This document shows positions 39,815 to 50,547 of a stretch of DNA of 64,000 nucleotides, piece by piece. Both the position numbers and the translations under genes were made by a program. The notes beneath the pieces were generated by a model, which had not been told where the DNA came from, searched no databases, and saw nothing but the letters and a program-made list of their open reading frames with translations. The stretch is from contig JAUQPR010000005.1 in assembly GCA_030550275.1 (NCBI GenBank), positions 19,899 through 83,898 of the forward strand. The letters are read 5' to 3'. This DNA comes from Bacteroidota bacterium. Its GTDB lineage: Bacteria > Bacteroidota > Ignavibacteria > Kapaibacteriales > HRBIN21. Within the stretch, counting starts at the first letter, position 1; each line of letters opens with the position of its first letter.

Positions 39815-40516
39815 ATGCAGCAGCCAACACTGGAAGCGGTCAAGCGGGTGGACCCGCTGCGCGAGCGCTTTCACGTGAGCGAGATCTTCTACTCCATCCA
39901 GGGCGAGGGCACGCGCGCAGGGATGCCGTGCGTCTTCGTCCGATTGCAGGGCTGCAAGCTCCGCTGCTCCTGGTGCGATACGCCCTATGCCCTGGACCAC
40001 CGGCGTGGCGGCACCTGGATGAGCGGGGAGGAGCTCCTCGAGCAGGTTCGCCGCTACGGCTGCCGCTTCGTGGAGTTCACCGGTGGCGAGCCACTGGAGC
40101 AGTGGGGAAGCTTCGAGCTCATGCGCCTCCTCTGCGATGAGGGCTACCTCGTTGCCGTCGAAACTGGCGGGCACGTGGATATCGAGCCTCTCGATCCGCG
40201 CATCATCTGCATCCTGGATGTCAAGTGCCCCGCATCGCGCATGACGCCGCTCAACCGCTACCGCAACCTGGAGCTCCTGCGCCCACACGACGAGGTCAAG
40301 TTCGTCATCGCAGACCGTACCGACTACGAATGGGCATGGGGGATAGCCAAGCAGTATAGGCTCCCCGAACGGGTCGCTGCTGTGCTCTTCTCCCCCGCCT
40401 TCGGACTGCTGGAGCCGAAGACGCTGGCGGAATGGATTCTGCAGGACCGGCTGCCCGTTCGGCTGCAGTTGCAGTTGCACAAGTACATCTGGGACCCATC
40501 GCAGCGTGGCGTATGA
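39815..40516 (+). CDS. queE: 7-carboxy-7-deazaguanine synthase QueE (radical SAM)
   Basis: EIFYSIQGEGTRAGMPCVFVRLQGCKLRCSWCDTPYA, the QueE CxxxCxxC-like cluster. Confidence 0.85.
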   Translation: MQQPTLEAVKRVDPLRERFHVSEIFYSIQGEGTRAGMPCVFVRLQGCKLRCSWCDTPYALDHRRGGTWMSGEELLEQVRRYGCRFVEFTGGEPLEQWGSFELMRLLCDEGYLVAVETGGHVDIEPLDPRIICILDVKCPASRMTPLNRYRNLELLRPHDEVKFVIADRTDYEWAWGIAKQYRLPERVAAVLFSPAFGLLEPKTLAEWILQDRLPVRLQLQLHKYIWDPSQRGV

Positions 40517-41097
40517 GCCGCAGCTACCTCATCCCCGTCGGCGATGTGCTCGTAGACCCAACCGCTTGGCAGACCCCCTTCGCCTGCGATCTTGAGCGCT
40601 GCCGGGGCGCCTGCTGCACTGTGCCGGGTGCCGATGGCGCCCCACTGCTCCCGGAGGAGGTTCCCCTGCTGGAGGCGCTTGCGCCGCAGCTCCTTCCGAT
40701 GCTGCCATCGCCGGCACAGGAGCTCATCCAGCAGATGGGCGCAACGGTACAGACCGAGCGTGGCGCCTTCACGCGCTGTGTTGGTGAGGGCGCATGCGTG
40801 TTTGTCTTCTGGGAGGAGGGCATTGCCCGCTGCGCCATCGAGCGCGCTTGGGAGCAGGGCGCAAGCCCACTGCGCAAGCCGCTCTCCTGCCATCTCTTCC
40901 CGCTGCGGCTCCACCGGAGCGCGCACGGCACGGTGCTGCGCTTTGAGCCCTTCTCCGAGTGCGCTCCTGCGTACGCCCACGGTCGCCGCCTGGGATGCAC
41001 GGCAACGGAGATGGTGCACGAAGCGCTTGCCCGCGCCTTCGGCGCCGAATGGTACGAGCAGCTTCAGCACACAATTGCCCGCCAGTTGTGCCCATGA
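40513..41097 (+). CDS. DUF3109-family Cys-rich protein
   Basis: ATGA overlap with queE. Motifs CDLERCRGACCTVPGADG… and …CHLFPLRL…. Confidence 0.55.
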   Translation: MSRSYLIPVGDVLVDPTAWQTPFACDLERCRGACCTVPGADGAPLLPEEVPLLEALAPQLLPMLPSPAQELIQQMGATVQTERGAFTRCVGEGACVFVFWEEGIARCAIERAWEQGASPLRKPLSCHLFPLRLHRSAHGTVLRFEPFSECAPAYAHGRRLGCTATEMVHEALARAFGAEWYEQLQHTIARQLCP

Positions 41098-42605
41098 GGT
41101 GGCTTCGGCTCCCGCTGCGGATCCGGCTGACGCTCTGGTACGGCAGCATCGTGGGGATAACACTGCTGGGCTTTGCCGCCTTCTGGTACTGGAGTGTCCG
41201 CCGAGAGCTGCTCCAGGAGCTGGACTACTCGATGGAGCAGGTCGCCAGCTCAATCCACCTGCTGCTGGAGCGGGAACGCCCGCATCTGCGGCGGCTTCAT
41301 CAGCATTCGGTGCGCCACGTGGAACGCCAGCGCCTGGGCTCGGAGCTCCTGGAGCGCCCCCTGCGCTCCTTCGTCGGACCACTGCCCGCCGACACTCTGC
41401 CGGGGAGCGAATCGCCGGTCTGGAGCGCCATCTACCAGCACATTCTGCTCAACCCGCGCAGCTACTTCCTGCAGATTGCCACCCCCGACGGGCAGCTCCT
41501 GTGGCGCTCGGCAAATCTGCAGCCCGACACACTCCCCGTGCTGCCCGATACGGTCTGGGGCATCGTGCGCGGCGGTGAACAGCTCGTGCGCGGTCGCCCG
41601 ACTCGCTTGCTGCTCTACCGCACCAGCACAGCCCAAATTGGCGTTGCCTACAGCATGGAGGAGATCACCGCCGTGCTCACTCGGCTGATGCAAACCCTGT
41701 TGTGGGGCATCCCCGTGGTGCTGCTGCTCTCGATGCTGGGTGGCTGGATGCTGGCGCGCGCAGCACTGCGACCGGTGGAGGATATCCGCCGCACCGCCGA
41801 GCGCATCACCGCGCACAATCTCAGCCAGCGCCTGCCCATCCCGCCGACCGAGGACGAGCTGGCAAATCTCAGCCGCACCCTCAACCAGATGATCGAGCGG
41901 CTGGAGCGCTCCTTCCACCAGATTCGCCAGTTCAGCGCCGATGTCTCCCACGAGCTGCGCACCCCACTGACCATCCTCATGGGCGAGCTGGAGCTGGCGC
42001 TCCGCTCACGCCAAACCCCCGAACAGTACGAAGCCGTGCTCTCCAGCGCCCTGGAGGAGGTCATGCGGCTCCACCGCATCGTGGAGCTGCTGCTGGAACT
42101 GGCTCGCGCCGAAAGCGGACAGCTCCGGCTGGAACGCACTCCGCTGGACCTTGCCGCCCTTGCCCGCGAAGCCGTCCAAGACATGGAGCCCCTGGCAAAC
42201 GAGAGGGGCATCCAATTGTGCTACGAGGGCGTCGAGCACGCTGCCTTTACCGGTGACCCCATCCGCTTGCGCCAACTGCTGCTCAACCTGCTCAGCAACG
42301 CCCTCAAGTACACGCCCAGCGGCGGAGTGGTCCGAGTCCGCCTCCGGCACCATCCACCGGAGGGGTTGGTCCTGGAGGTTACCGATACGGGCATCGGGAT
42401 CCCACCGGAGGAGCTCCCGCACATCTTCGAGCGCTTCTACCGCGTGGACAAATCCCGTACCCGCTCCGATGGTACCGATGGGCTCGGGCTGGGATTGTCC
42501 ATCGTGCGCTGGATTGTCGAAGCCCACGGGGGCTCGATCCAGGTCGAGAGTCAGCCCGGGCACGGGAGCTGCTTCCGTGTGCTCCTCCCCACCGAGCAGC
42601 AATGA
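41094..42605 (+). CDS. Sensor histidine kinase (TM sensor, HAMP, HisKA, HATPase_c)
   Basis: ATGA overlap with the upstream gene. H-box VSHELRTPLT; N, G1 and G2 boxes present (…NALKYTP…, DTGIGIP, GLGLSIV). Confidence 0.8.
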   Translation: MRWLRLPLRIRLTLWYGSIVGITLLGFAAFWYWSVRRELLQELDYSMEQVASSIHLLLERERPHLRRLHQHSVRHVERQRLGSELLERPLRSFVGPLPADTLPGSESPVWSAIYQHILLNPRSYFLQIATPDGQLLWRSANLQPDTLPVLPDTVWGIVRGGEQLVRGRPTRLLLYRTSTAQIGVAYSMEEITAVLTRLMQTLLWGIPVVLLLSMLGGWMLARAALRPVEDIRRTAERITAHNLSQRLPIPPTEDELANLSRTLNQMIERLERSFHQIRQFSADVSHELRTPLTILMGELELALRSRQTPEQYEAVLSSALEEVMRLHRIVELLLELARAESGQLRLERTPLDLAALAREAVQDMEPLANERGIQLCYEGVEHAAFTGDPIRLRQLLLNLLSNALKYTPSGGVVRVRLRHHPPEGLVLEVTDTGIGIPPEELPHIFERFYRVDKSRTRSDGTDGLGLGLSIVRWIVEAHGGSIQVESQPGHGSCFRVLLPTEQQ

Positions 42606-43474
42606 AGCGGCGTCGAACTGCCCCAAGGCTTGCCGCCGTGTGGCACTTCTTGCAGGCGCTGCACCAGCGCTTTGCGCGAGAGCACCTCTTCTTGCTCTCC
42701 GCCGGCATCGCCTTCAACATGCTGCTGTGCGTTGTGCCGATAGGGCTGCTCATCCTGTGGGGGATCGCACTGCTGCTGCCGGCGGATTTGGTGGAGACCG
42801 CCTTCCAGTCTGTGCTCCTGCACCTGGTTGCTCCCTCGGCGCAGCTGGAGCGTCTGCTGCAGGGAGTTTTGCGCGAACTCCGCATCGCCTTTGCCCATAG
42901 CTCGATTGCTGGCGTCATCGGTGCGGTGGGATTGCTATGGTCTGCTTCGGCGCTGCTGCAATCCCTGCGCACAGGGCTGGATGCCGTCTTTGGACGCGAT
43001 AGCACCAGCACGGGATGGCTGCTCCATCGGCTGCGCGATGCCGCGCTCACGGTTGCACTGCTGCTGGTGAGCCTACTGCTGGGAGCATTGACCATTGGCT
43101 GGAGCATCCTCACCGCGTTTGGCACTGAGCTGCTGCCGGAGCCTTGGCATTCGCCCCTGCAGCGGACGCTGGGCTTGGCAATTACACTGGTTGTGGAGTT
43201 CGCGCTGTTCCTGTTCCTCTTCAGCGCTGTTCCATCGCGTCCGCCGGCGCTGCGGGTGCGTCTGGTGGCAAGCCTTGCCGCAGTTGTCCTCTTGGAGCTT
43301 GCCCGCGTTGGTTTCCTCTACTACCTGCAGCATGCCCCGCTGCTGGGCTACATCTACGGCAGCTACATTGGGCTGGCAGCGCTGGGGCTGTGGACCTACT
43401 ACGCGAGCTTCCTGCTGCTGCTCTCGGCAACAGTTGCACACGAGCTCTTCCGGTTCCGCACCCATGGCGCATAG
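42602..43474 (+). CDS. YihY/BrkB-family membrane protein
   Basis: …FLLSAGIAFNMLLCVVPIGLL… with 6 TM helices, typical YihY. Confidence 0.75.
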   Translation: MKRRRTAPRLAAVWHFLQALHQRFAREHLFLLSAGIAFNMLLCVVPIGLLILWGIALLLPADLVETAFQSVLLHLVAPSAQLERLLQGVLRELRIAFAHSSIAGVIGAVGLLWSASALLQSLRTGLDAVFGRDSTSTGWLLHRLRDAALTVALLLVSLLLGALTIGWSILTAFGTELLPEPWHSPLQRTLGLAITLVVEFALFLFLFSAVPSRPPALRVRLVASLAAVVLLELARVGFLYYLQHAPLLGYIYGSYIGLAALGLWTYYASFLLLLSATVAHELFRFRTHGA

Positions 43475-44486
43475 CCTGCAGCGCGTGGGCATCGGTACGC
43501 TGCTGCTCTGCGGCATCGGAGCCGTGCTGCTGGGGATTGGGGTGCTGCTGCTGGACATCGCGCCAGGGCTGCGGTGGCTGCTGCTACTCCTGGTGGGGAT
43601 GCTCTGGACGGGGCTGTGCCTGTGGCACTGGCGAAGGCGCGTGCGCGCCTACATCGAGCAGTGGCTCCCCGGAGTGCTGGAGCGGCTCGGGCGCGTCTCC
43701 GGTGGTGCGCTGGCGGTGCGCTTCTCGGAGGCGGAGTTCCCAAAGGAGCTGCGCGCCTTGGCAGCGGAGCTCAACCGGCTCATCGGTGCTGTCGAGACAC
43801 AGCTCAGCCGCGTCCGCACACTCGAACGCTCCCACACGGAGCTGCTCGGCACCCTTGCCCATGAGCTGCGCAATCCGCTGTTCCTGCTGCGCGGCTCTGT
43901 GGAAACAGCGCTCGACAGCAGCGACCCCGCCCAGCGAGAGCACCTACTGCAGAAATCCCTGCAGCACATCGCCCGAATGGAGCGGCTGCTGGAGCAGCTG
44001 CTCGAGCTATCGCGCTTGGAATCCGGCACCCTCCCGCTCCGATGGCGCAGCATCCGGTTGGCGCCGCTGTGCACCGAGCTCTGCAACCACTTCAGCCTCC
44101 TGGCTGCCCAGCACGAGGTCACCCTGCACGTAGAGGTGCCCGAAGAGCTGGAGGTGCTTGCCGACCGCGACCGGCTGGAACAGGCGCTGGCGAACCTGCT
44201 GGAGAACGCCATCAAGTACAATCGCCCCGGCGGGCAGGTCTGGCTGCGCGCCCAGCCGCAGGAGCAGTACGTCCTCATCAGCGTGGAGGATACCGGTATC
44301 GGCATCCCGCCGGAGCACCAGGAACGCGTCTTTGAGCGCTTCTACCGGGTGCGCGAACGCCCCGTTCAGGGGAGCGGGCTGGGATTGGCGATTGTGCGCC
44401 ACATCCTGCAGGCGCACGGAGCGCGCTACGAGCTGCAGAGCCAGCCGGGCGTGGGCACCATCGTCCGCTTCTGGCTGCGCCGCTGA
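43464..44486 (+). CDS. Sensor histidine kinase (second, compact)
   Basis: ATG at 43464 (MAHSLQRVG…). H-box LAHELRNPL, DTGIGIPPEHQERVFERFYRV, GSGLGLAIV. Confidence 0.75.
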   Translation: MAHSLQRVGIGTLLLCGIGAVLLGIGVLLLDIAPGLRWLLLLLVGMLWTGLCLWHWRRRVRAYIEQWLPGVLERLGRVSGGALAVRFSEAEFPKELRALAAELNRLIGAVETQLSRVRTLERSHTELLGTLAHELRNPLFLLRGSVETALDSSDPAQREHLLQKSLQHIARMERLLEQLLELSRLESGTLPLRWRSIRLAPLCTELCNHFSLLAAQHEVTLHVEVPEELEVLADRDRLEQALANLLENAIKYNRPGGQVWLRAQPQEQYVLISVEDTGIGIPPEHQERVFERFYRVRERPVQGSGLGLAIVRHILQAHGARYELQSQPGVGTIVRFWLRR

Positions 44487-44543
44487 GGGAGTGCTCCAGC
44501 CGCGCCGCGTAAGTTTGCATGCCGTACAACTGCCCATTCGCGT

Positions 44544-45755
44544 ATGACCTCTGCCGTTGCCTCGCATCGCCGCGCCCTTGGCATCCTGTTCCTGGCGGTG
44601 TTAACCAATCTCATCGGCTTCGGCATCATCATCCCGCTGCTGCCCTTCTATGGGCAAGCCATGGGGGCGTCGGAGCTACAGATTGGGCTGCTGTTCGCCT
44701 CCTTCTCGGTTGCGCAGCTCCTGAGCTCGCCCGTGTGGGGGACGCTTTCGGACCGGTACGGGCGCAAACCCTTCCTGTTGCTGGGATTGCTGGGCGCGGC
44801 TGCCGGATTTGTCATCATGGCGCTGGCACCATCGCTGGAATGGCTCTTCATCGCCCGCCTTGTGGACGGCGCCTGCGGCGGGATGATCGCCACCGTGCGG
44901 GCATACCTGTCGGATGTGCTCGAGGAGCGGGAGCGCGCACGGGGATTTGGATTCATCGGGGCAGCCTTCGGCATCGGCTTCATCGCTGGTCCGGCATTGG
45001 GGTCGCTCCTGGTTCAGTGGAACCTGAAAGCCCCGGCATGGGCTGCTGCGGCGCTGAGTATGTTGGCAGCGGCAGTGGTGCTGCTGTGGCTGCCCGAACC
45101 CTCGCAGCATCGCCCACTCCAGCGGGGAATCCTCGTCCGGCGCTTTGCAGAGCTGTGGGGATTGCCCGCCCTGCGTCCGCTGCTACTGTTCGACCTGCTC
45201 TACTGGAGCTGCCAGGCGGTCTACCAGACCGGCTTTGCGCTCTTCCTGCATCGGCGCTTTGGCGCGAGCGAAGCACAGGTCGGCGCGCTGCTGGCAGTTG
45301 CCGGAGGCATCGGAGTGTTGACACAGCTTGTGCTGGTTGGACGCGTGACACGGCGTTGGGGCGAAACGCGCACCCTTGTGGTCGGCACACTCCTGGCAGC
45401 CCTCGGGTTGGGCGCGGCAGCGCTCGTTCCGACAATCCCGCTGTTTGTGCTCTGCCTGGTACCGGCGGCGGTCGGTGCCGGGCTTGCTTCCCCCGCCCTG
45501 CTGAGCCTGCTGAGCCGCACCACGCCACAACCTTTGCAGGGGAGCCTGCAGGGCGTGACGACCTCGCTGGAGAGCTTCGCCCGCATCGTCGGTCCCATCT
45601 GGGGCAACGGGCTGTTGCAGTTCGGGCTCTCACTGCCCTTCCTTTCTGCAGCTGCTGTGCTGCTTGGAGTAAGCGTTGCTGCTGGTCAGTACCACGAGCG
45701 CTATGCACTGGCTCCCGATGCAACCGCGCAGAGCCCTGCTGAGCGTGTGGGATAA
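44544..45755 (+). CDS. MFS transporter (Tet/TCR-like)
   Basis: 12 TM helices. MFS motif A GTLSDRYGRKP. Confidence 0.8.
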   Translation: MTSAVASHRRALGILFLAVLTNLIGFGIIIPLLPFYGQAMGASELQIGLLFASFSVAQLLSSPVWGTLSDRYGRKPFLLLGLLGAAAGFVIMALAPSLEWLFIARLVDGACGGMIATVRAYLSDVLEERERARGFGFIGAAFGIGFIAGPALGSLLVQWNLKAPAWAAAALSMLAAAVVLLWLPEPSQHRPLQRGILVRRFAELWGLPALRPLLLFDLLYWSCQAVYQTGFALFLHRRFGASEAQVGALLAVAGGIGVLTQLVLVGRVTRRWGETRTLVVGTLLAALGLGAAALVPTIPLFVLCLVPAAVGAGLASPALLSLLSRTTPQPLQGSLQGVTTSLESFARIVGPIWGNGLLQFGLSLPFLSAAAVLLGVSVAAGQYHERYALAPDATAQSPAERVG

Positions 45756-47241
45756 ACGCGGCATCACCGAGTTCGCTGCCGCCCTGGCGGAATTGGGCGT
45801 GGAACTCATCGCTTCGGAGGGCACCGGCGCCACCCTGCGTGCAGCGGGCATCCCCGTGCGCTCCCTCGGCGAACTTTTGGGAGCGACAGAGCTGCTCGAC
45901 GGACGGGTCAAGACGCTCCATCCCCTGCTGCATGCAGCAATCCTGGCGCGGCGTGACCGCCCGGAGCATCTGCAGCAGCTTGAGCAGCTTGGCATCGCTC
46001 CAATCGAGCTCGTCGTGGTGAACTTCTACCCCTTCCAGGCAATGGAGCGCTCCGGAGCTGCCCTGCCGGAGCTGCTGGAGTTCATCGACATCGGTGGTCC
46101 GGCGCTGGTGCGCGCTGCTGCCAAAAACTACCCATGGGTGGCGGTGGTGACCTCCCCGAGGCAGTACGAGGAGGTCATCGCCGAGCTGCGGCAGCACGGC
46201 TCCCTCTCGGAGGAGCTGCGCCGGCGCTACGCTGCCGAGGCGTTCGCCCTCACCGCCGCGTACGACGCTGCAATTGCCCGTGCGCTCAGCACCGAGCCCT
46301 TCCCACCGCAGTGGAGCGTGAGCCTGCCGCAGGTCCAGCGTCTGCGGTACGGAGAGAATCCCCACCAGCAGGGCTGCCTCTACGGTGATGCCTTCGGCGA
46401 ACTCTTCGAGCAGCTCCACGGCAAGGAGCTCTCGTACAACAACGTGCTCGACCTGGACGCGGCTGTTCGCCTAATCCGCGACTTCCCCGAGCCGACAGTT
46501 GCCATCCTCAAGCACACCACGCCCTGCGGGGTTGGCAGCGCTCCCGCGCTTGAGCACGCCTGGGAGAAAGCCCTTGCAACCGATCCAGTCTCGGCATTCG
46601 GCGGCATCGTTGTCACCAACAGAGCCGTCACGCGCGCGCTGGCGGAGCGGCTCTCGGAGCTCTTCCTGGAGATCATCGTTGCCCCGGAGTTTGCCGAGGA
46701 TGCCTTGGAGGTGCTGCAGCGCAAGCGGAATCTGCGTCTGCTGCGCTACCGTGCCGAGCTCCTGGCGCGGGCAGATGCGCTGGAGTTCCGCAGCATCCTG
46801 GGCGGAGCATTGGTGCAGAGCCCGGATATCGCCGTACTGCCTCCGGAGGGCTGGCAGGTGGTCACGCACCGGGCTCCAACGGAGCAGGAAGCCGCTGCAC
46901 TGGAGTTCGCCTGGCGCGTTGTCAAGCACGCAAAGTCGAACGCTGTGGTGTTTGCCGCGCCCGACCGCACCTTAGCCATCGGTTGCGGGCAGCCCTCGCG
47001 CGTGGATGCCGTGCGCGTTGCCATCCGCAAAGCCGCCGATGTGGGCATCTCGCTGGAGGGGTCGGTGATCGCCTCCGACGCCTTCTTCCCCTTTCCCGAT
47101 GCGCTCCAGGAAGCCATCCATGCCGGTATCACTGCTGCAGTCCAGCCCGGCGGCTCCGTGCGCGATGCCCTGGTCATCGAGGCTGCCAATGCCGCCGGCA
47201 TCGCCATGGTCTTCACCGGCATGCGCCACTTCCGGCATTGA
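45718..47241 (+). CDS. purH: Bifunctional AICAR transformylase / IMP cyclohydrolase
   Basis: MQPRRALLSVWDKRG… (MGS-like domain) followed by the AICARFT domain. About 507 aa. Confidence 0.9.
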   Translation: MQPRRALLSVWDKRGITEFAAALAELGVELIASEGTGATLRAAGIPVRSLGELLGATELLDGRVKTLHPLLHAAILARRDRPEHLQQLEQLGIAPIELVVVNFYPFQAMERSGAALPELLEFIDIGGPALVRAAAKNYPWVAVVTSPRQYEEVIAELRQHGSLSEELRRRYAAEAFALTAAYDAAIARALSTEPFPPQWSVSLPQVQRLRYGENPHQQGCLYGDAFGELFEQLHGKELSYNNVLDLDAAVRLIRDFPEPTVAILKHTTPCGVGSAPALEHAWEKALATDPVSAFGGIVVTNRAVTRALAERLSELFLEIIVAPEFAEDALEVLQRKRNLRLLRYRAELLARADALEFRSILGGALVQSPDIAVLPPEGWQVVTHRAPTEQEAAALEFAWRVVKHAKSNAVVFAAPDRTLAIGCGQPSRVDAVRVAIRKAADVGISLEGSVIASDAFFPFPDALQEAIHAGITAAVQPGGSVRDALVIEAANAAGIAMVFTGMRHFRH

Positions 47242-47559
47242 AGCAGGGCTCTTCGCCGCGCACTCCAAGCACACTCGGGCGTTTGCCCAAGCCCGACCCG
47301 AGGGGCAGATTGTGCAGCAGCTCGGCACACAGATCCCCTGGCACCACCACGCTCGCCTCACCCAGAGTCTGCCCGCCGAGCTGCAGGGAAGCTGCCGAGT
47401 ATTGAGGAGCTCAAAAGAGAACCCGCGCGATAGCACCCCAAGAGGCAGTACCGCCGCCCAAGGCTTGCCTGACATTCCCTGCGACGCGCGTAAATTAGCA
47501 CGCCGAGCGCTCGATGTGCTTTCTCTGCTATACTTGGGCGAAAGTGGAGAGGAGGTGCT

Positions 47560-47760
47560 ATGGCGAAGAGGGCGCAACCCACAACCTCGTCCGCCACGTT
47601 GGGCTTCGAATCCCAGCTCTGGGCTGCCGCCAATGCCCTGCGCGGTTCCATGGACGCGGCGGAGTACAAGCACGTCGTCCTGGGGCTCATCTTCCTGAAG
47701 TACATCTCCGACGCCTTCGAGGAGCATTACGGTTACTTTTTGGCAACCATGGAGGAATGA
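47560..47760 (+). pseudogene. Remnant of a type I R-M hsdM gene, HsdM_N first part, truncated after 66 codons
   Basis: …[36 protein letters not shown]… is the canonical start of the HsdM N-terminal domain. A stop follows at codon 67. Its last codons GGAGGAATGA supply the RBS for mrr. Confidence 0.6.
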
Positions 47761-47763
47761 AGC

Positions 47764-48663
47764 ATGCCCATTCCTGATTACCAATCGCTCATGTTGCCTC
47801 TCCTTGAGCTGTTGGAGGACGGCAAGGAACACCGGCTACGCGACGTGATATCTGCACTGGAGCAGCAGTTTGGCTTGACCGAGGAGGAGCGCAAAGCTCT
47901 CCTTCCAAGCGGGCAGCAGCCTATTTTTCATAACCGGGTAGGATGGGCAAGGACATACCTCAAGAATGCTGGGCTCTTGGAGGCACCGCAGCGAGGTTGG
48001 ATACGAATCAGCGGGCGAGGCTTGGAGGTACTTAAGCAAAAACCAGAGCGGATTGACGTGAATTTCCTTATGCAGTTTGAGGAGTTCAGGACCTTTCGAT
48101 TCTCGCGACAGCGGACGCCAGCCGAGTCCAATGCAGCAGATATCGAAACCCCCGAGGAGCTTCTGGCAAGCGCGTATGACATGCACAAGCGAAGCGTCCT
48201 ATCCGAGCTACTCGAACTGGTCAAGAAAGCCTCTCCTGAGTTCTTCGAGCGCCTGGTTGTAGAGCTGTTGGTCAAAATGGGGTACGGTGGTTCATACAAA
48301 GAAGCTGCGCAAGCTGTCGGCCGGAGCGGAGATGAAGGTGTAGACGGAGTTATTAAGGAAGACCGGCTCGGGCTCGATGTGATCTATCTCCAAGCAAAAC
48401 GCTGGGAAGGACCTGTTGGTAGACCTGAACTGCAAAAGTTCGCTGGAGCACTCCAGGGGCTCCGTGCCGGCAAAGGAGTATTCCTCACTACCTCAAGCTT
48501 CACAAGAGATGCGATCGACTATGCAGACCGACTCGGAATCAAAATCGTGCTCATTGACGGACAGCGCCTGGCTGAACTCATGTTCGAATACGGCGTCGGG
48601 GTATCGACTGTATCTACGTACGCTGTCAAAAAGGTCGACCATGACTTTTTCCTTGAAGAGTGA
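47764..48663 (+). CDS. mrr: Mrr restriction system protein (type IV, modification-dependent restriction)
   Basis: Mrr_N winged-helix N-terminus (…[10 protein letters not shown]…) and Mrr_cat PD-(D/E)xK C-terminus (…GDEGVDGV…IYLQAKRW…). Confidence 0.85.
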   Translation: MPIPDYQSLMLPLLELLEDGKEHRLRDVISALEQQFGLTEEERKALLPSGQQPIFHNRVGWARTYLKNAGLLEAPQRGWIRISGRGLEVLKQKPERIDVNFLMQFEEFRTFRFSRQRTPAESNAADIETPEELLASAYDMHKRSVLSELLELVKKASPEFFERLVVELLVKMGYGGSYKEAAQAVGRSGDEGVDGVIKEDRLGLDVIYLQAKRWEGPVGRPELQKFAGALQGLRAGKGVFLTTSSFTRDAIDYADRLGIKIVLIDGQRLAELMFEYGVGVSTVSTYAVKKVDHDFFLEE

Positions 48664-48667
48664 CGTC

Positions 48668-48929
48668 ATGTCCTCCAACCAGTCCGGCGTAGGCGAAATC
48701 CGCAAGAACATCATCGAAGCCGACCTGGTGGACCGCGCCATGGAGGCGGTGGAGCGGGACAACCCCTCCCTCAAGGGCGTCCTCCCCAAGGACTACGCGC
48801 GTCCGGCGCTCGACAAGACCCGTCTCGGCCAGCTCATAGACCTGATCAGCAACATCAAAGTCGGCGATGAGGAAAGCCGCTACAGCACCCTGCTCGACCC
48901 ATGCGAAGGTAGCACGCTGGAGGCAGACC

Positions 48930-48937
<8 letters not shown>
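48668..48937 (+). pseudogene. Second remnant of the old hsdM (HsdM_N second part), ends overlapping the start of the intact hsdM
   Basis: …[40 protein letters not shown]… corresponds to residues ~95–150 of HsdM proteins, alignable with the intact hsdM downstream. It diverges and stops at 48937. Confidence 0.5.
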
Positions 48938-50534
<1,597 letters not shown>

Positions 50535-50547
50535 AGGGCTGTAAGCG

